DNA of 64,000 nt from Candidatus Synoicihabitans palmerolidicus (GTDB lineage Bacteria > Verrucomicrobiota > Verrucomicrobiia > Opitutales > Opitutaceae). A program made the translations under genes and the position numbers. Numbering within the stretch: position 1 is the first letter of the stretch; every line of letters starts with the position of its first letter. Of the stretch, positions 45,466 through 56,940 are shown one piece after another. The notes below the pieces were generated by a model. It did not search any database and was not told the origin of the DNA. It saw only the letters and a list, made by a program, of their open reading frames with translations. The stretch lies in the NCBI GenBank assembly GCA_020809425.1, contig JAGGDC010000002.1:260334-324333 (forward strand), written 5' to 3'.

Positions 45466-46878
45466 ATGCCGTTTAAACAACTCGGACTCTATTCCAGCCT
45501 CGTTCGTGGCGTCGCAGCCATGGGCTACGGCGATCCGACCCTCATTCAACTGCGGGCTATTCCCATCGTGCTCGAGGGTAAGGATCTCATTGGCTCGGCC
45601 CAAACCGGCACCGGCAAAACCGCCGCCTTCGCCCTTCCGGTCCTAAATCGGCTCGGCCCCCATCAGTCCCACGGTCCGCGCGTATTGGTCCTCGAACCGA
45701 CCCGAGAACTCGCCGCTCAGGTGGAAACCGCCTTCCGTGATCTCGGCCGTTTCACCGACATCAAGTCCTGCGTCCTCCACGGCGGCGTCGGCTACGGTAA
45801 ACAACGCCAAGCCCTTCGTGAGGGCTCCGATATCGTCATCGCCACCGTCGGTCGCCTCATGGATTTCATCAATGAGAAGATGATCGATCTGCGCAATCTC
45901 GAGGTCCTCATCCTCGACGAAGTAGATCGGATGTTGGACATGGGCTTCATCAAGGATGTCAAAAAGATCGTCGAGATCTGCCCCAACTCCCGCCAGACGC
46001 TCTTCTTCTCCGCCACCGTACCTCCTCAAATCGAGGAAATCGCCAAATTTGCCCTCAAAAAACCCGAACGCGTCGTCATCGGTCGCACCCGCTCCGTGAA
46101 TGAGTCGGTCAAACACGCCCTCTTCTCGATCTCCTACGACCAAAAATTCGCCCTGCTCGAAGCCCTGCTCGAAAAGGAAGACTACCAGAGCATCATCATC
46201 TTCTCGCGCACCAAACACGGTGCCGACCGCATCGCGCGCAAGTTGAAGGGCGAGCATTCCGTCGCCGTCCTGCACGCCAACCGCTCGCAAGGCCAACGCA
46301 CCACGGCCCTCGAGGGATTCAAAAACGGCCGCTATGAGATTATGGTCGCCACCGATATCGCCGCTCGCGGTATCGACGTCTCCGACGTGTCCCACGTCAT
46401 CAACTACGACGTCCCGGAAAACCCCGAGGACTACGTCCATCGCATCGGCCGCACCGGTCGCGCCATGAAAGTCGGCGATGCATACATGCTCGCCACCCCG
46501 GAAGAGCGCGGTGATGTGCACGACATCGAACGCTTCATCGGCGCCCGCATCCCCCAACTGACCTTGCTCGGGTTCGAGTACGAAAACGGCAAACCTCCTC
46601 TCGTAGACACCACGCATCCCTACAAAAACCCGCGCCGCAGCGGCGGCTGCGGTAACATGAACCAGCCCGGCCGCGGTCCGCGTCCCGGTGGTCGTGGCGG
46701 TCCCGGCCAAAGTCAGCCCCGCAGCGGTAAACCCGGTGGCAAGACCGGAGGTAAACCAAGCGGCAAACCAACCGGTAAATCCAGCGGCGGTCCCTCCCGG
46801 TCTGGAGGTGGCGGTGGCAGTGGTCCTTCCAAGGGCCTCTCCAATAAACCGTCCAATCGCCTCCGCCGCGGCCGCTAA
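45466..46878 (+). CDS. rhlE: DEAD-box RNA helicase (RhlE-like) with G/K/P/R/S-rich tail
   Basis: AQTGTGKT, PTRELA, DEVD, SAT and HRIGRTGRA. Confidence 0.85.
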   Translation: MPFKQLGLYSSLVRGVAAMGYGDPTLIQLRAIPIVLEGKDLIGSAQTGTGKTAAFALPVLNRLGPHQSHGPRVLVLEPTRELAAQVETAFRDLGRFTDIKSCVLHGGVGYGKQRQALREGSDIVIATVGRLMDFINEKMIDLRNLEVLILDEVDRMLDMGFIKDVKKIVEICPNSRQTLFFSATVPPQIEEIAKFALKKPERVVIGRTRSVNESVKHALFSISYDQKFALLEALLEKEDYQSIIIFSRTKHGADRIARKLKGEHSVAVLHANRSQGQRTTALEGFKNGRYEIMVATDIAARGIDVSDVSHVINYDVPENPEDYVHRIGRTGRAMKVGDAYMLATPEERGDVHDIERFIGARIPQLTLLGFEYENGKPPLVDTTHPYKNPRRSGGCGNMNQPGRGPRPGGRGGPGQSQPRSGKPGGKTGGKPSGKPTGKSSGGPSRSGGGGGSGPSKGLSNKPSNRLRRGR

Positions 46879-46904
46879 CCCGCCCAACGCGACTGAAAAT
46901 TCGC

Positions 46905-46931
46905 AGCCCATTCTCCCAGAGCGGGCTTTTT
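46905..46931 (+). terminator. Rho-independent terminator after rhlE
   Basis: Imperfect stem AGCCCATTCT-CCC-AGAGCGGGCT followed by a T run. Confidence 0.55.
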
Positions 46932-47079
46932 CACGCTCCCTTTCCCCATCCAGGATGTAACCGGTGGGCGAAACTATCCGCGTCCACGCGTAGTTTAATA
47001 ACTAAACCCGTCGACGTGGCCTCCCCGCCTTCTGCGTACCTTCCGTTCGACCCTGCCCTACCGCTCTCCCGCCACCGTC

Positions 47080-47611
47080 CGCGCTCGCGTGAGTCCTCGC
47101 ACGCCGTCACCGTAATCCGGAGACGCCGTCGTCAGTGCGGCTCGCTCCCCCTATTCAAAATCCTCCCACCGGAACTCCGGCGCCATAATACAAGAAACCA
47201 GGGCCCAACGCCCACCGGCAACCAACCGCGTGCCCTGCCACACCCCCGCCGCAATGACGTCCTGGGGGCGTTGCCCGCTCATCACATCGGCGCCCATGCG
47301 CACCCATTCCCCTCGACCAGCTTCATACAACCGCAGCGACTCGATCTCGTCGCCCGCATGCCAGCACCATATCTCATCCGTCGTCAATCGGTGCATCGCC
47401 GAGAATCCCTCCGGCGTGAACAACGCATAGATGACCGAATACGCCAACACGGCCCCTGCGTTCCCCGCCGTTGACTCCACCCGACTCACCCAGACTCCGC
47501 CGTTCGCCTGAAAAACCCGCCTTCCTGATCCAACGGCTGCAGGCCCAACGCCGCAATCACCTCGGTCGCAGAATGTTGTGACGAATCAAACTTATGAGCA
47601 GGGGACGACAT
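47080..47611 (-). pseudogene. Cupin_5 (DUF985) protein, disrupted
   Basis: LGLQPLDQEGGFFRRT, frameshift, then FSAMHRL..DEIWCWHAGD, WQGTRL and APEFRWEDF, then a premature TAG at 47151. End is approximate. Confidence 0.8.
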
Positions 47612-47717
47612 GGCTTTGCCCTCATCCAAATTAAATCTGGTTGAGCTCTCAACCCACGAGTCACACAATTTCTCCCGCGCTCGGCGTGCCTACCTTCCCT
47701 CCTCCTCCGCCTACCCT

Positions 47718-48423
47718 ATGCAAAGCTACTCCGGCTCCTCGTCCTCCGTGGCGTCCTCCGCCTCCGTTGAGGCCCGCGCTGCCTTCATCCGCAAAACCTA
47801 AAACCTTAACGCTCGCGGGTGCGATTTTTGCCTTCGTGTGTCTCGAGACGTACTTCGTCAACGCCTCCTGGGCTCCCTCGCTGGTCCAAACCATGATCGG
47901 CGGCCAGTTCAGTTGGCTCATCGTGCTCGGCAGTTTCATGGCGGTAGCCTGGATCGCCGACAAGTGGGCTCGCTCCGATATTTCTCCCGCCCGCCAAATG
48001 CTCGGTCTTGGTCTGTTCGTGGTCGCCGAGGCCTTCATTTTTCTGCCCCTGCTCTTCATCGCCACCTTCTACAGCTCGCCTGATGTTATTCCCATGGCGG
48101 GCATCATCACCTTGCTCCTGTTCGCCAGCCTCACCGCGACCGCCTTCATCACCCGCCGGGATTTTTCCTTCATGCGCGGCGTCCTCACCTTGGTTGGCTT
48201 CATCGCCTTGGGCGTCATCGTTTGCAGCATGCTGTTCGGCTTCAATCTCGGCCTGCTCTTCTCTGCCTTCATGGTCCTGTTCGTCGCCGGCTCCATCCTC
48301 TACAGCACATCCAACATCATCCACCACTACCGCACGGATCAACACGTGTCCGCCGCGCTCTCCCTGTTCTCCGGTGTCATGCTGCTACTCTGGTATGTGC
48401 TGCGCATACTAATGCGTCGCTGA
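47718..48423 (+). pseudogene. Bax inhibitor-1/YccA family membrane protein, disrupted
   Basis: VEARAAFIRKT* followed by a frameshift into a multi-TM body (RRDFSFM, AALSLF...LLWYVLRIL). Confidence 0.8.
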
Positions 48424-48450
48424 TTCCTCCTGCCCCCCCCTCCATCACCC

Positions 48451-48927
48451 ATGAAAAAAGTCAATCTTCGCGACATCCCCACCGAGTCGTCCACGTCACC
48501 CCAAGGCACTTACGGCGGTGATTTCCAGGGGCTCTCCCTCGCCCTGGGTCGCAAGGAATCGTCCACCGACCTTCGCGAACGGTTCCCGTTCGATGTCGAA
48601 ATCACTCGCATTCCGGCCGGTAAGAAACTCTGCCCCTATCACTCCCACAGCGCGCAATGAGAGTTTTATCACGTGTTGAGCGGTCGCGGTTTTGTGCGCC
48701 ACGCCGACGGCGAAACCGCTCTCGAGCCCGGCGGTGCCTTCCAGTTCGAACCCGGTCAACCCCACCAACTTCGCGCCAACGACGACGATCTCTCCTTCCT
48801 CATCGTCGCCGACAATCCCATCGGCGAATCCTGCCACTACCCCGACAGCGGCAAGTGGCTCGTGCGCTCCCCAGAACGTCACATCATACGCTCCGACTCC
48901 CTCGACTACTTCGACGGCGAGGAATGA
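48451..48927 (+). pseudogene. Cupin domain protein with an internal TGA
   Basis: CPYHSHSAQ*EFYHVLSG...HQL...YPDSGK...LDYFDGEE, single stop at 48658-48660. Confidence 0.8.
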
Positions 48928-48961
48928 TCGCCTCCTTCCGTCCCCCGATTTCTCTCCGCTC

Positions 48962-49498
48962 ATGAGCAAAGTTAAAACGTAGGAAGACGCCCGTGAGTGG
49001 ATTCTCGATCAAAAATCTGCCTCCTTTTCGGGAGCAAGACTTTCGATTTGCCCGCCTTGTGGGACGCCGTTGATTTGCCCACCGATGGCGGCGGTAAAAC
49101 CAAATGGGGCGCCCGGGTCGAAGCCATCTGGGCGTGGAAGAACGAACTTCCCGCCGCGTTCCCTGACGACATTTTCTACGGTAAAATTCCCGGCGGACTC
49201 GCCGTGCTCATGGCCATGAGCCACCTGCGCGAAACCCACTACCCCGCCCACCACCGCCCAGTTTTCTCCTGCAACGACCTCGCCCAAAAGGTCTACGAAA
49301 TTATCCGCAACAACCCGAGCTCGACCGCCGAGATCCGCGCCGCAGCTATCGAGCGTCACGGGGGCACCAAGAGCCGCTTCGATACCGCCCTCAAACAACC
49401 TCCAGGTCACCCTCAACATCGCCCGTTCCAACGACCCTGGCATCACCACCGACACGTGGCTGCCTTGGCGCGAATGGTATTTCGACTTTCCCTCCTGA
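48962..49498 (+). pseudogene. Hypothetical protein (AlkZ/winged-helix-like), disrupted
   Basis: MSKVKT*EDARE, frameshift, LPALWDAV...IWAWKNELP...IFYGK, frameshift, LQVTLNI. Confidence 0.5.
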
Positions 49499-49593
49499 GG
49501 CCGCCCCGTTCCCGCGCTCTGTTTCCTCCCCGCGCTTTGCCTTCACCTGACCGACTTACCGGTTAAGACCCAGTCTGTCTCCTGCTTAGCCCC

Positions 49594-52500
49594 ATGTTTA
49601 TCCCTCAACTTCGTCGGGCCGCGCTCCTCATCCTCTGCAGTAGCGCCGCCATGCTTCATGCCGACTCCAACCGACCCAAAATCGTATTCCTCACCGGCGA
49701 CGAGGAATACCGCTCCGAAGAATCCATGCCCATGCTCGCGCAAATCCTGCGGCGCGACTTCGACGTGGACGTGCATGTCGGTTTCTCCGTGGACGCCGAC
49801 AGATTCGTCGACCCCATGGCCAACGAGTCGCTGACCGGCACCGCCGAACTTGCCGACGCCGACTTGCTTGTCCTTTTCCTTCGTTTCCGTCGACCCGACC
49901 CAGCCTCCTTTCAACCTATCCTCGACTACCTGGCCTCCGGTAAGCCCGTCGTCGCTTTTCGGACCTCCACTCACGCTTTCCGTTTCGCTGCCAACTCCCC
50001 CTTCGCCGCCTGGGGCGTGCAGCAAGACCCCTCCTTCGTTCACAGCTTTTCCGGCGGTGAACTGATCCGTGAACTGCTCGGTCAAAAATGGATCACCCAC
50101 CACGGTCATTTCGACGACGGGGCCCACGAGCTGACTGCCGTTTCCCTTGAACCCGCCCAAGCCGCCCACCCCATCCTTTCCGGCGTCACGCCGTTCGACG
50201 CCTATTCTTGGCTCTACCACGTGCAAGGCGGCGGCGATACCCTCTCCGACGACCCAACCCTGCTACTGTCTGGTCACTCACTGCGTTCCAATCACGAGGC
50301 CAAAGGTCAGACCGACCGCTATTCGCTGATCAATCCGGTCGCCTGGACCAAAACTCATTCGGGTAACCCGACCGCTCCCGCCCGCGTATTCACCACCACG
50401 CTCGACCACCCCTACGACTTCACTCTCGCCCCTATGCGTCGTTTGGCCCTCCAGGGCATCCTCTGGGCCCTCGGCCGAGAAGAGTGGATTCCCGCCACCG
50501 GAGTCTCCACCGATCCAGTCGCTCCCTACGAACCTAACAATTCCGGCTTCGGTCGCGCCGCTCACAAGTCCGGTCACTACCCCGAGCGATTTTTTCCCTC
50601 CGCGGCCCGCCGACTCCAAACTCGCCTATCACGCCCAACCTGGATTCGCCGACCCGCGCGCGGTCTCCCCCACCTCACTCCCGCTCAAGGTCAAACCTGG
50701 CTCCACCATCGCGATCGTAGGAGGCGGCAACGGCGAACGGCTGCAATACCAGCCGAGGTTTGAGGCGTTTCTTCAGTATCGCCTGCCAGACACTCGCATC
50801 AAGGTGCGCAACCTCGCCCAATCTGGCTACACCGCCGGCTTCCAACCTCATTCCGGCCGTTACTCACCTTGGACCTTTCCCGGTGCCGCCGACTTTCACC
50901 CCGAAGTCCTCGCTCACCGCGGGCGCGGTCACTTTCCGTCCACCGATGAGTGGCTGACCGATGTAAACGCCAGCACCGTGCTGGGATTCTTCGGTTACAG
51001 TGAGTCGTTCCGGGGGGCCGATGGTCTCATGGATTTCCGTGCCGAACTCCTCGCCTGGATCCGCCATCTGCGCGCTCGGGTGTTCGATGGCGTCGCGCCC
51101 CCTCAAATTGTCCTCGTCCCGCCGACCCCGTTCGAAGACCGATCCGTAGATGGGCTCTCCGACGGCCGCAGCGAGAACTTGCAACTGCGTGCCTATGCCG
51201 ACGCGATGGTCGCCGTCGCCGCCGAAACCGGTGTCGCCGTAATCGACGTCTGGGACGCGTTTGCCGCGCTGGCGCCGACCGACGGACCTTTCACCGTCAA
51301 TGGCGCCCAACTCAACTCAAAGGGAGTGGAACGACTGGGTTCATTGCTCGCAGAAAGCCTCCTCGGCCCGAGCGATTTTGACGAGTTCTCCTCCGCACGT
51401 TTCTCGTCCATCGAACAGGCCATTTCCGATAAGGACTGGCTGTGCGACAACCTCTACCGGATGCGCAACGGCGTCCATGCCTTCGGTCGTCGTTGGCAAC
51501 CTTTCGGAGATTTCAACTACCCTGAATAAATCTAAAAACTTCACCAAATGATCGTCCTGCGCGACGAGTTCATCTGGGCCACCGCTCAAGGCCAATCGCT
51601 GACTCCCGACGATCGTGCCACGCGCCCGCTCTCTCCGGTCGTATCCAACTTTGACCGCCCCATCTCCTACCTCCAAGAGGCCGCCGCATTGGAAAAATTC
51701 ACGGTGCCGGAGGGCTATCACATTTCCCTTTTCGCTTCCGAAGCAGACTTCCCCGATCTCGCCAATCCCGTCCAAATCACCTTCGACAACCAAGGCCGGC
51801 TCTGGGTCGCCGTCATGCCGAGCTACCCGCACTACCAGCCCGGCGCCACTCGCCCCAACGACAAACTTCTCATCCTCGAAGACACCGACGGCGACGGTCG
51901 CGCCGACCGCCAAACGACTTTCGCCGACGCTCTTCACCTTCCCATCGGTTTCGCCCTCCAACCCGACGGCAGCGTCATCTTCTCCCAACAGCCCAAACTT
52001 ATTCGCCTGCGTGATACGGATGGCGATGATCGCGCCAACGAAACGGAGATCCTGCTCACCGGCTTTGACAGCCACGACACTCACCACGCCATCGGAGCCT
52101 TCGACACGGGGCCCGACGGCGCCCTCTACATGCTTGAGGGCGTCTTTTTGCATTCCTCGGTCGAGACCCCCTATGGCACCGAACGCGGCGTCGAAGCCAA
52201 TGTCTGGCGTTTCGATCCACGCACCTATCGTTTGGAAAAATTCAGCGCCGCCGACTACGCCAACCCTTGGGCCATCGCCTTCGACGACTACGGCCAGACT
52301 TTTCTCTCCGACGCCTCCAACGGTCGTAACTATTGGCTCACGCCCATGTCCTCTCGCTTGCCCCACGGCGAACAACATCCCGAACAGACCGAATTCACCA
52401 CCGTCAAGGTCAGGCCCACCAGCGGCTCGGCGTTTGTCTCCAGTCGCCACTTTCCCGCCGCTCACCAAGGCGACTTCCTATCGCCAATTCCATTGGGTTT

Positions 52501-53800
52501 CTGGGCATCAAACAACACACTGTCGTCGACTCCGACGCCGGATACACCGGGGCCCTGCATCAAGATCTGCTCTCCTCCACCGACCCAAATTTCCGCCCGG
52601 TCGATCTCGAATTCTCCCCCGATGGCTCACTCTACTGTGTCGACTGGCACAACGCCCTCGTCGGCCACATGCAGCACTCCGCTCGCGATCCCCATCGCGA
52701 CCAGCAACATGGTCGCATCTTCCGTATCACACATTTCGATACACTTCTCGTATCCGCCCCTCCTGTCGCGGGAGCCGCCGTCCCTCAACTCCTGCACAAC
52801 CTGACCGAACCCGAGTACCAGACTCGCGTTCGTTCGCGTCGCGAACTGCGGGGCCGTCCCGATGCCGAAGTCCTTCCCCCTCTCGCTGCTTGGACCGCAT
52901 CACGCACCGCCTCTCGCGACCTGCTCGAAGCGCTTTGGGTCTACGCGAGTCGCGGGCCCGCCGACTCCGCGCTGCTCGAGCGCTGCCTCACTCATCCCGA
53001 TCACCGCGTCTGCGCCGCCGCGCTCCGGGTCGCCCGCCATCAACGTCACGCCCCCCCCGTCGTCACCACCGCCGGCCGGCCCGTCGCGCCGCGTCCGATC
53101 CACATCCCCGTGTGCGCATGGAAGCCATCGCGCTTGCCTCCTGGCTCGACGATGTGCCCTCGGGCGTCGATATTTTTATCACCGCCCTGCAACACCCGGT
53201 CGATCAAACCATGGCCTACGGTGTCGAGGCCGCCTTCAAGACTTTCGGTCCCGTTCTCTCTTCCGGCGAGTTCGACCTGTCAGCCACCCCTACCGCCCAA
53301 ACCTTTCTCGCCGGAGAGACGCGATTCATTGAACCCGAGAAAGTGGTCTCCCCTCCGGTGCAAAATCTCAGCACGACCGAACTCGCTCGCTTTAATCTGG
53401 GTCGCGAAATTTTCCATCGCGACGCTCACTGCGCCACCTGCCACCCACCCAACGGCCAAAGTCTCGCTGGCATCTATCCTCCTCTCAGCAACAATCCGTG
53501 GGTCACGGGCAACGAAGATCGCCTCATCAAGATCATTCTCAAGGGCCTCTGGGGGCCCATCGAAGTCGACGGGAAGACCTATTCTCCGGACCAAGGGGTA
53601 CCTCCCATGACGGGCTTTGAGTCCCTCCTGGACGACGAGGAAATTGCCGCGGTTTTCTCACCTACGTCCGCGCCCGCTTTGGTTCATGGGGCAACCCGCG
53701 CCCCATCACCCCCGAAACCGTCGCCCGAGTCCGCGCTGCCGCTCAATCCCACACCGGGTTCTACACGGTCGAACCACTCTTGCAGGCACATCCCTTGCCG
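49594..53800 (+). pseudogene. Multidomain ThuA-like / SGNH / PVC-type membrane-bound dehydrogenase / HEAT / cytochrome c protein, disrupted
   Basis: GDEEYRSEESMP, GFFGYSESF, FASE.DFPDLANPVQITFD..GRLWV, EDTDGDGRAD, HDTHH, DWHN.LVGHMQH..RD and CATCH. Many frameshifts and stops. End is approximate. Confidence 0.8.
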
Positions 53801-54037
53801 GCCGCGCCCCAAACGACGATCCTCTTGTCTATGGCCAGGAAACCCCGACTCCTGCCTCAACGAAGAGTCCCTAGCCGGCCTTACTCGACCCCTGCTGAGA
53901 ACTTTCCCGCCGGCGACTCCACGCTTTCGTTGGGTCAAAACTCGCTCGCAATCATCGATGTTCCGCCCGCGGTTCCTCCGCCCTCGCGACAAAAACAATC
54001 GCCTAAGTCCTGGCCCTTCGTCTACCGAAGAGCATCT

Positions 54038-56858
54038 ATGCGCGTCGCACGTAAGACCCTGATTCTCGGCATCTTTACTGGCTTCGTCCACGTCTCGTTG
54101 CTGGCGGCGACTTCCTCCGCCTCCCTCCCTCTCTGGCCTCCTGTGCCGGCCGGCATCGAAGTGGACCCCTCCATCACCTGGGGCCAGTTGCCCAACGGGC
54201 TGCGCTACGCCCTCAAGCCCCAGCCACACCCGCCCGGTGCCACCAGCCTGCGCATGGTGGTGCTGGCTCGCTGCACGAGACGGACGGCGCACGTGGCATT
54301 ACCCACTTCGTCGAACACATGGGCTTCAACGGCACCCGTCGCTTCAAGGGCGAAACCCTCGGCGCCACGCTCGAAAAACAGGGGATCCGTTTTGGCCCCG
54401 ACCTCACTGCCTTCACTTGGCCATCCCACACCATTTACAATCTCGATCTACCGACGTCCGATGCCGCCAAACTCGACCTTGGTTTGACCGTGCTGCGCGA
54501 ATGGGCCTCTAAAATAAGGTTTTCTCGCAAGCAGTTCAAACGATAAAAAAACGTTCTCGTATCCGAATACCAAGCACGCGGGGCCAACGCTTCCTCTCTG
54601 CATTAGAATCGGTTCAACTTCCTCTACCCGGACTCTCTCATTTCCCAGCGCGTCGTTTCCGGCTCGCCGGCCGAAATTCAGATCACTCGGCTCGACCAAC
54701 TCACCGCGTTTTCCCGGCGCTGGTATCGCCCCGACAACGTGATGCTCATCGCCAGCGGCGACTTCGATGCGGCCGATCTCGCCTCGCGCATCCATCGCAC
54801 CTTCGCCGACTGGAAACGCCCGTCCACTCCCTTGCCCATCATCGATGTCGGCCCGATTCGCAACGCCTCCCGCACTCGCGCTTCCCTTGTGACCAATCAA
54901 GAAGTGCCGTCCTTCGTCGTGGAATTGGCTTTCGTCGATCAACGGGACCCCTTCAACTATGATACACCCGCCCAACGCCGCCGCAACCTGGCCGCCCAAC
55001 TTGCCCTCGCCGCCTTGAAAGATCGCTTTGCCCGTATTTTCCGCGCTTCACCCGGCACCTTTGGCAATCTCAGCACCCGTCTCAATCACCCGACTCCCTT
55101 CAATCAGGAACGCATCCTCTACTCCGAGGGTCGCTGGGGCGACTGGTCCTTGCTCACCCAAACCCTGCTCGACGAATACCGTCGAGCTACGCACTCACGG
55201 GTTCCTCTCCGACGAACTCACGGTGCCTCGCCTCAACACGCTTCGCGGGACCGAATTCGCCACCCGCCACGCCTCCACCGAACCATCCCGCAACTACGCG
55301 GAACGCCTCGCCTCTCAACTCATTTGGGGCATCACTCCCACCACCCCGGAATTTAATCACCGCCTCGCCTCCTCCATCCTGCCCGCGATCACTCCGGAAG
55401 AATGCCTCGACGCCCTCCGCCCTTTCTTCGCCCATGGGTTTCCGGGCATGTTGCTCACCTCGGCCTATGCTTCCAATCTGACCCCTGAGCAGGTCGGCGA
55501 ACACATGAATCACGTCGTCTCCCTGGCCGTGGACCCACCCTCCGCCCAGGAACACGTCGAATTCCCCTACACCGACTTTGGCCCCCTCGGCACCGTGGTA
55601 TCACGGCGTCATGATGCTCCGCTCGACGTCCACATGCTGGAGTTTGCCAATGGGGTAAAACTCAACTTGAAGCGCACCACCTTCGAGGCCGACTCCGTCT
55701 TTCTGACTGCCCGCCTCGACAATGGAGGTCGCCTGCGCGAAACCACCGGTATCCCGGGCCTCGCGTCCCTCGCCCAAGGTTCCCTGCTCAACGGAGGGCT
55801 CGGTCGACTTCCCCCCCCCGAACAATTGCAAGGCGCACTCGCCGGTCACTTCGCCAGTCTCAACTTCCACGTGCAGGAGAACACGCGCCACTTCGGACGC
55901 AGTGCCGATGCCCGAGAGTTGCCGCTTCTCCTCCGATTATTTACCGCTTTTCTCACCGATTCCACGGTCGATGATGACGGCGGTCACCGCCGCCCAATCC
56001 AATCTGCATAGTTGGACGGCCACCGCCCTCACGGAGTCCAATCGTGCCGTTTCCGCATTCAGCGACGACATCTTCTACTCCGCTGACCCTCGCTTCGCCC
56101 TCGTGACGCCTGCGCAAATCGACGCGCTCAATCCGACCATGGTGCGCAACTGGTTGCGCAAGATGCTGCCCTCATCCCCGCTCGAACTCGAACTGGTCGG
56201 CGACTTCGACCTCGAAGATGCCATTGCCTCCGCCGCCATCGGCACGCGGCCTGATGTACAGTCTCCGCCTGCAACGGACGCCCCTCGCCTGCAACGTGGT
56301 CGTGCCTTCCGCTGGCTGCCGGTCTCCTCCCAGGAACCCCAGGCGAGTCTACTCTACGCTTGGCCCGTCGACGGAGTGGCGGCCGCCCGCCAGCGCCGCA
56401 CGCTCGAAATCCTCGAATGGATTTTTCAAACGCGCATCGTCGAAGACATCCGCGAGGGGCTCGGGGCCACCTACGCGCCGAGCGTCCATTCTTGGGAAAG
56501 CGATAGCTTTCCCGACCAAGGCTACCTCCAGGTCAACTTGTCCGTGGCCCCCCGGCGTGCCAAAGTTGCTCAGGAACATCTCGTCCGGATCGCCCAGGAT
56601 CTGGCGACCAAGGGCATTACCGCGGAAGAGCTCAAACGCGCCCGCACTCCGCTGATCCAGGCCGTCGATCAACACCTTCAAGCCAACCCCTGGATCTACC
56701 ACGTCGTCTCCCAAGCGCAGACCAACCCGCAAGCCCTCGTCATGCCGCACACCCGGCTGCACGATCTGCAGACCATTACCGAAGCCGATGTCGAGGCCTT
56801 GGCTCACGACGTGCTCTCCCCCCCCCCCGACTTCGTCGCCATGGTCGCTGCGCCGTAG
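54038..56858 (+). pseudogene. M16 zinc protease (PqqL-like), disrupted
   Basis: GQLPNGLRY, HFVEHMGFNG (HxxEH), WYRPDN, FANGVKLNLK and IREGLGATY. Stops at 54544 and 54604 plus frameshifts. Confidence 0.88.
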
Positions 56859-56940
56859 GGACCTTGCACCCACCCGTCACGCCCGCAGCGCACTCTCCGC
56901 CTGGCACGGCGGGGTAGGTCAATACGTCGACGCTCCGGAG

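Noticed and set aside
51615-54062. 815-aa ORF as a novel large protein
   Set aside because: Most of it is an off-frame P/S/T/R-rich reading of the dehydrogenase pseudogene. Only the HEAT/cytochrome c part (about 53090-53655) is the true frame.
33756-54606. Alternative genetic code (TAA/TAG=Glu, TGA=Trp) suggested by the positions of in-frame stops
   Set aside because: Most of the same genes also carry frameshifts or deletions. Long housekeeping genes have no internal stops, and all three stop codons end intact genes. RF2 and its UGA-dependent frameshift are intact. Some stops replace Gln, Leu or Tyr.
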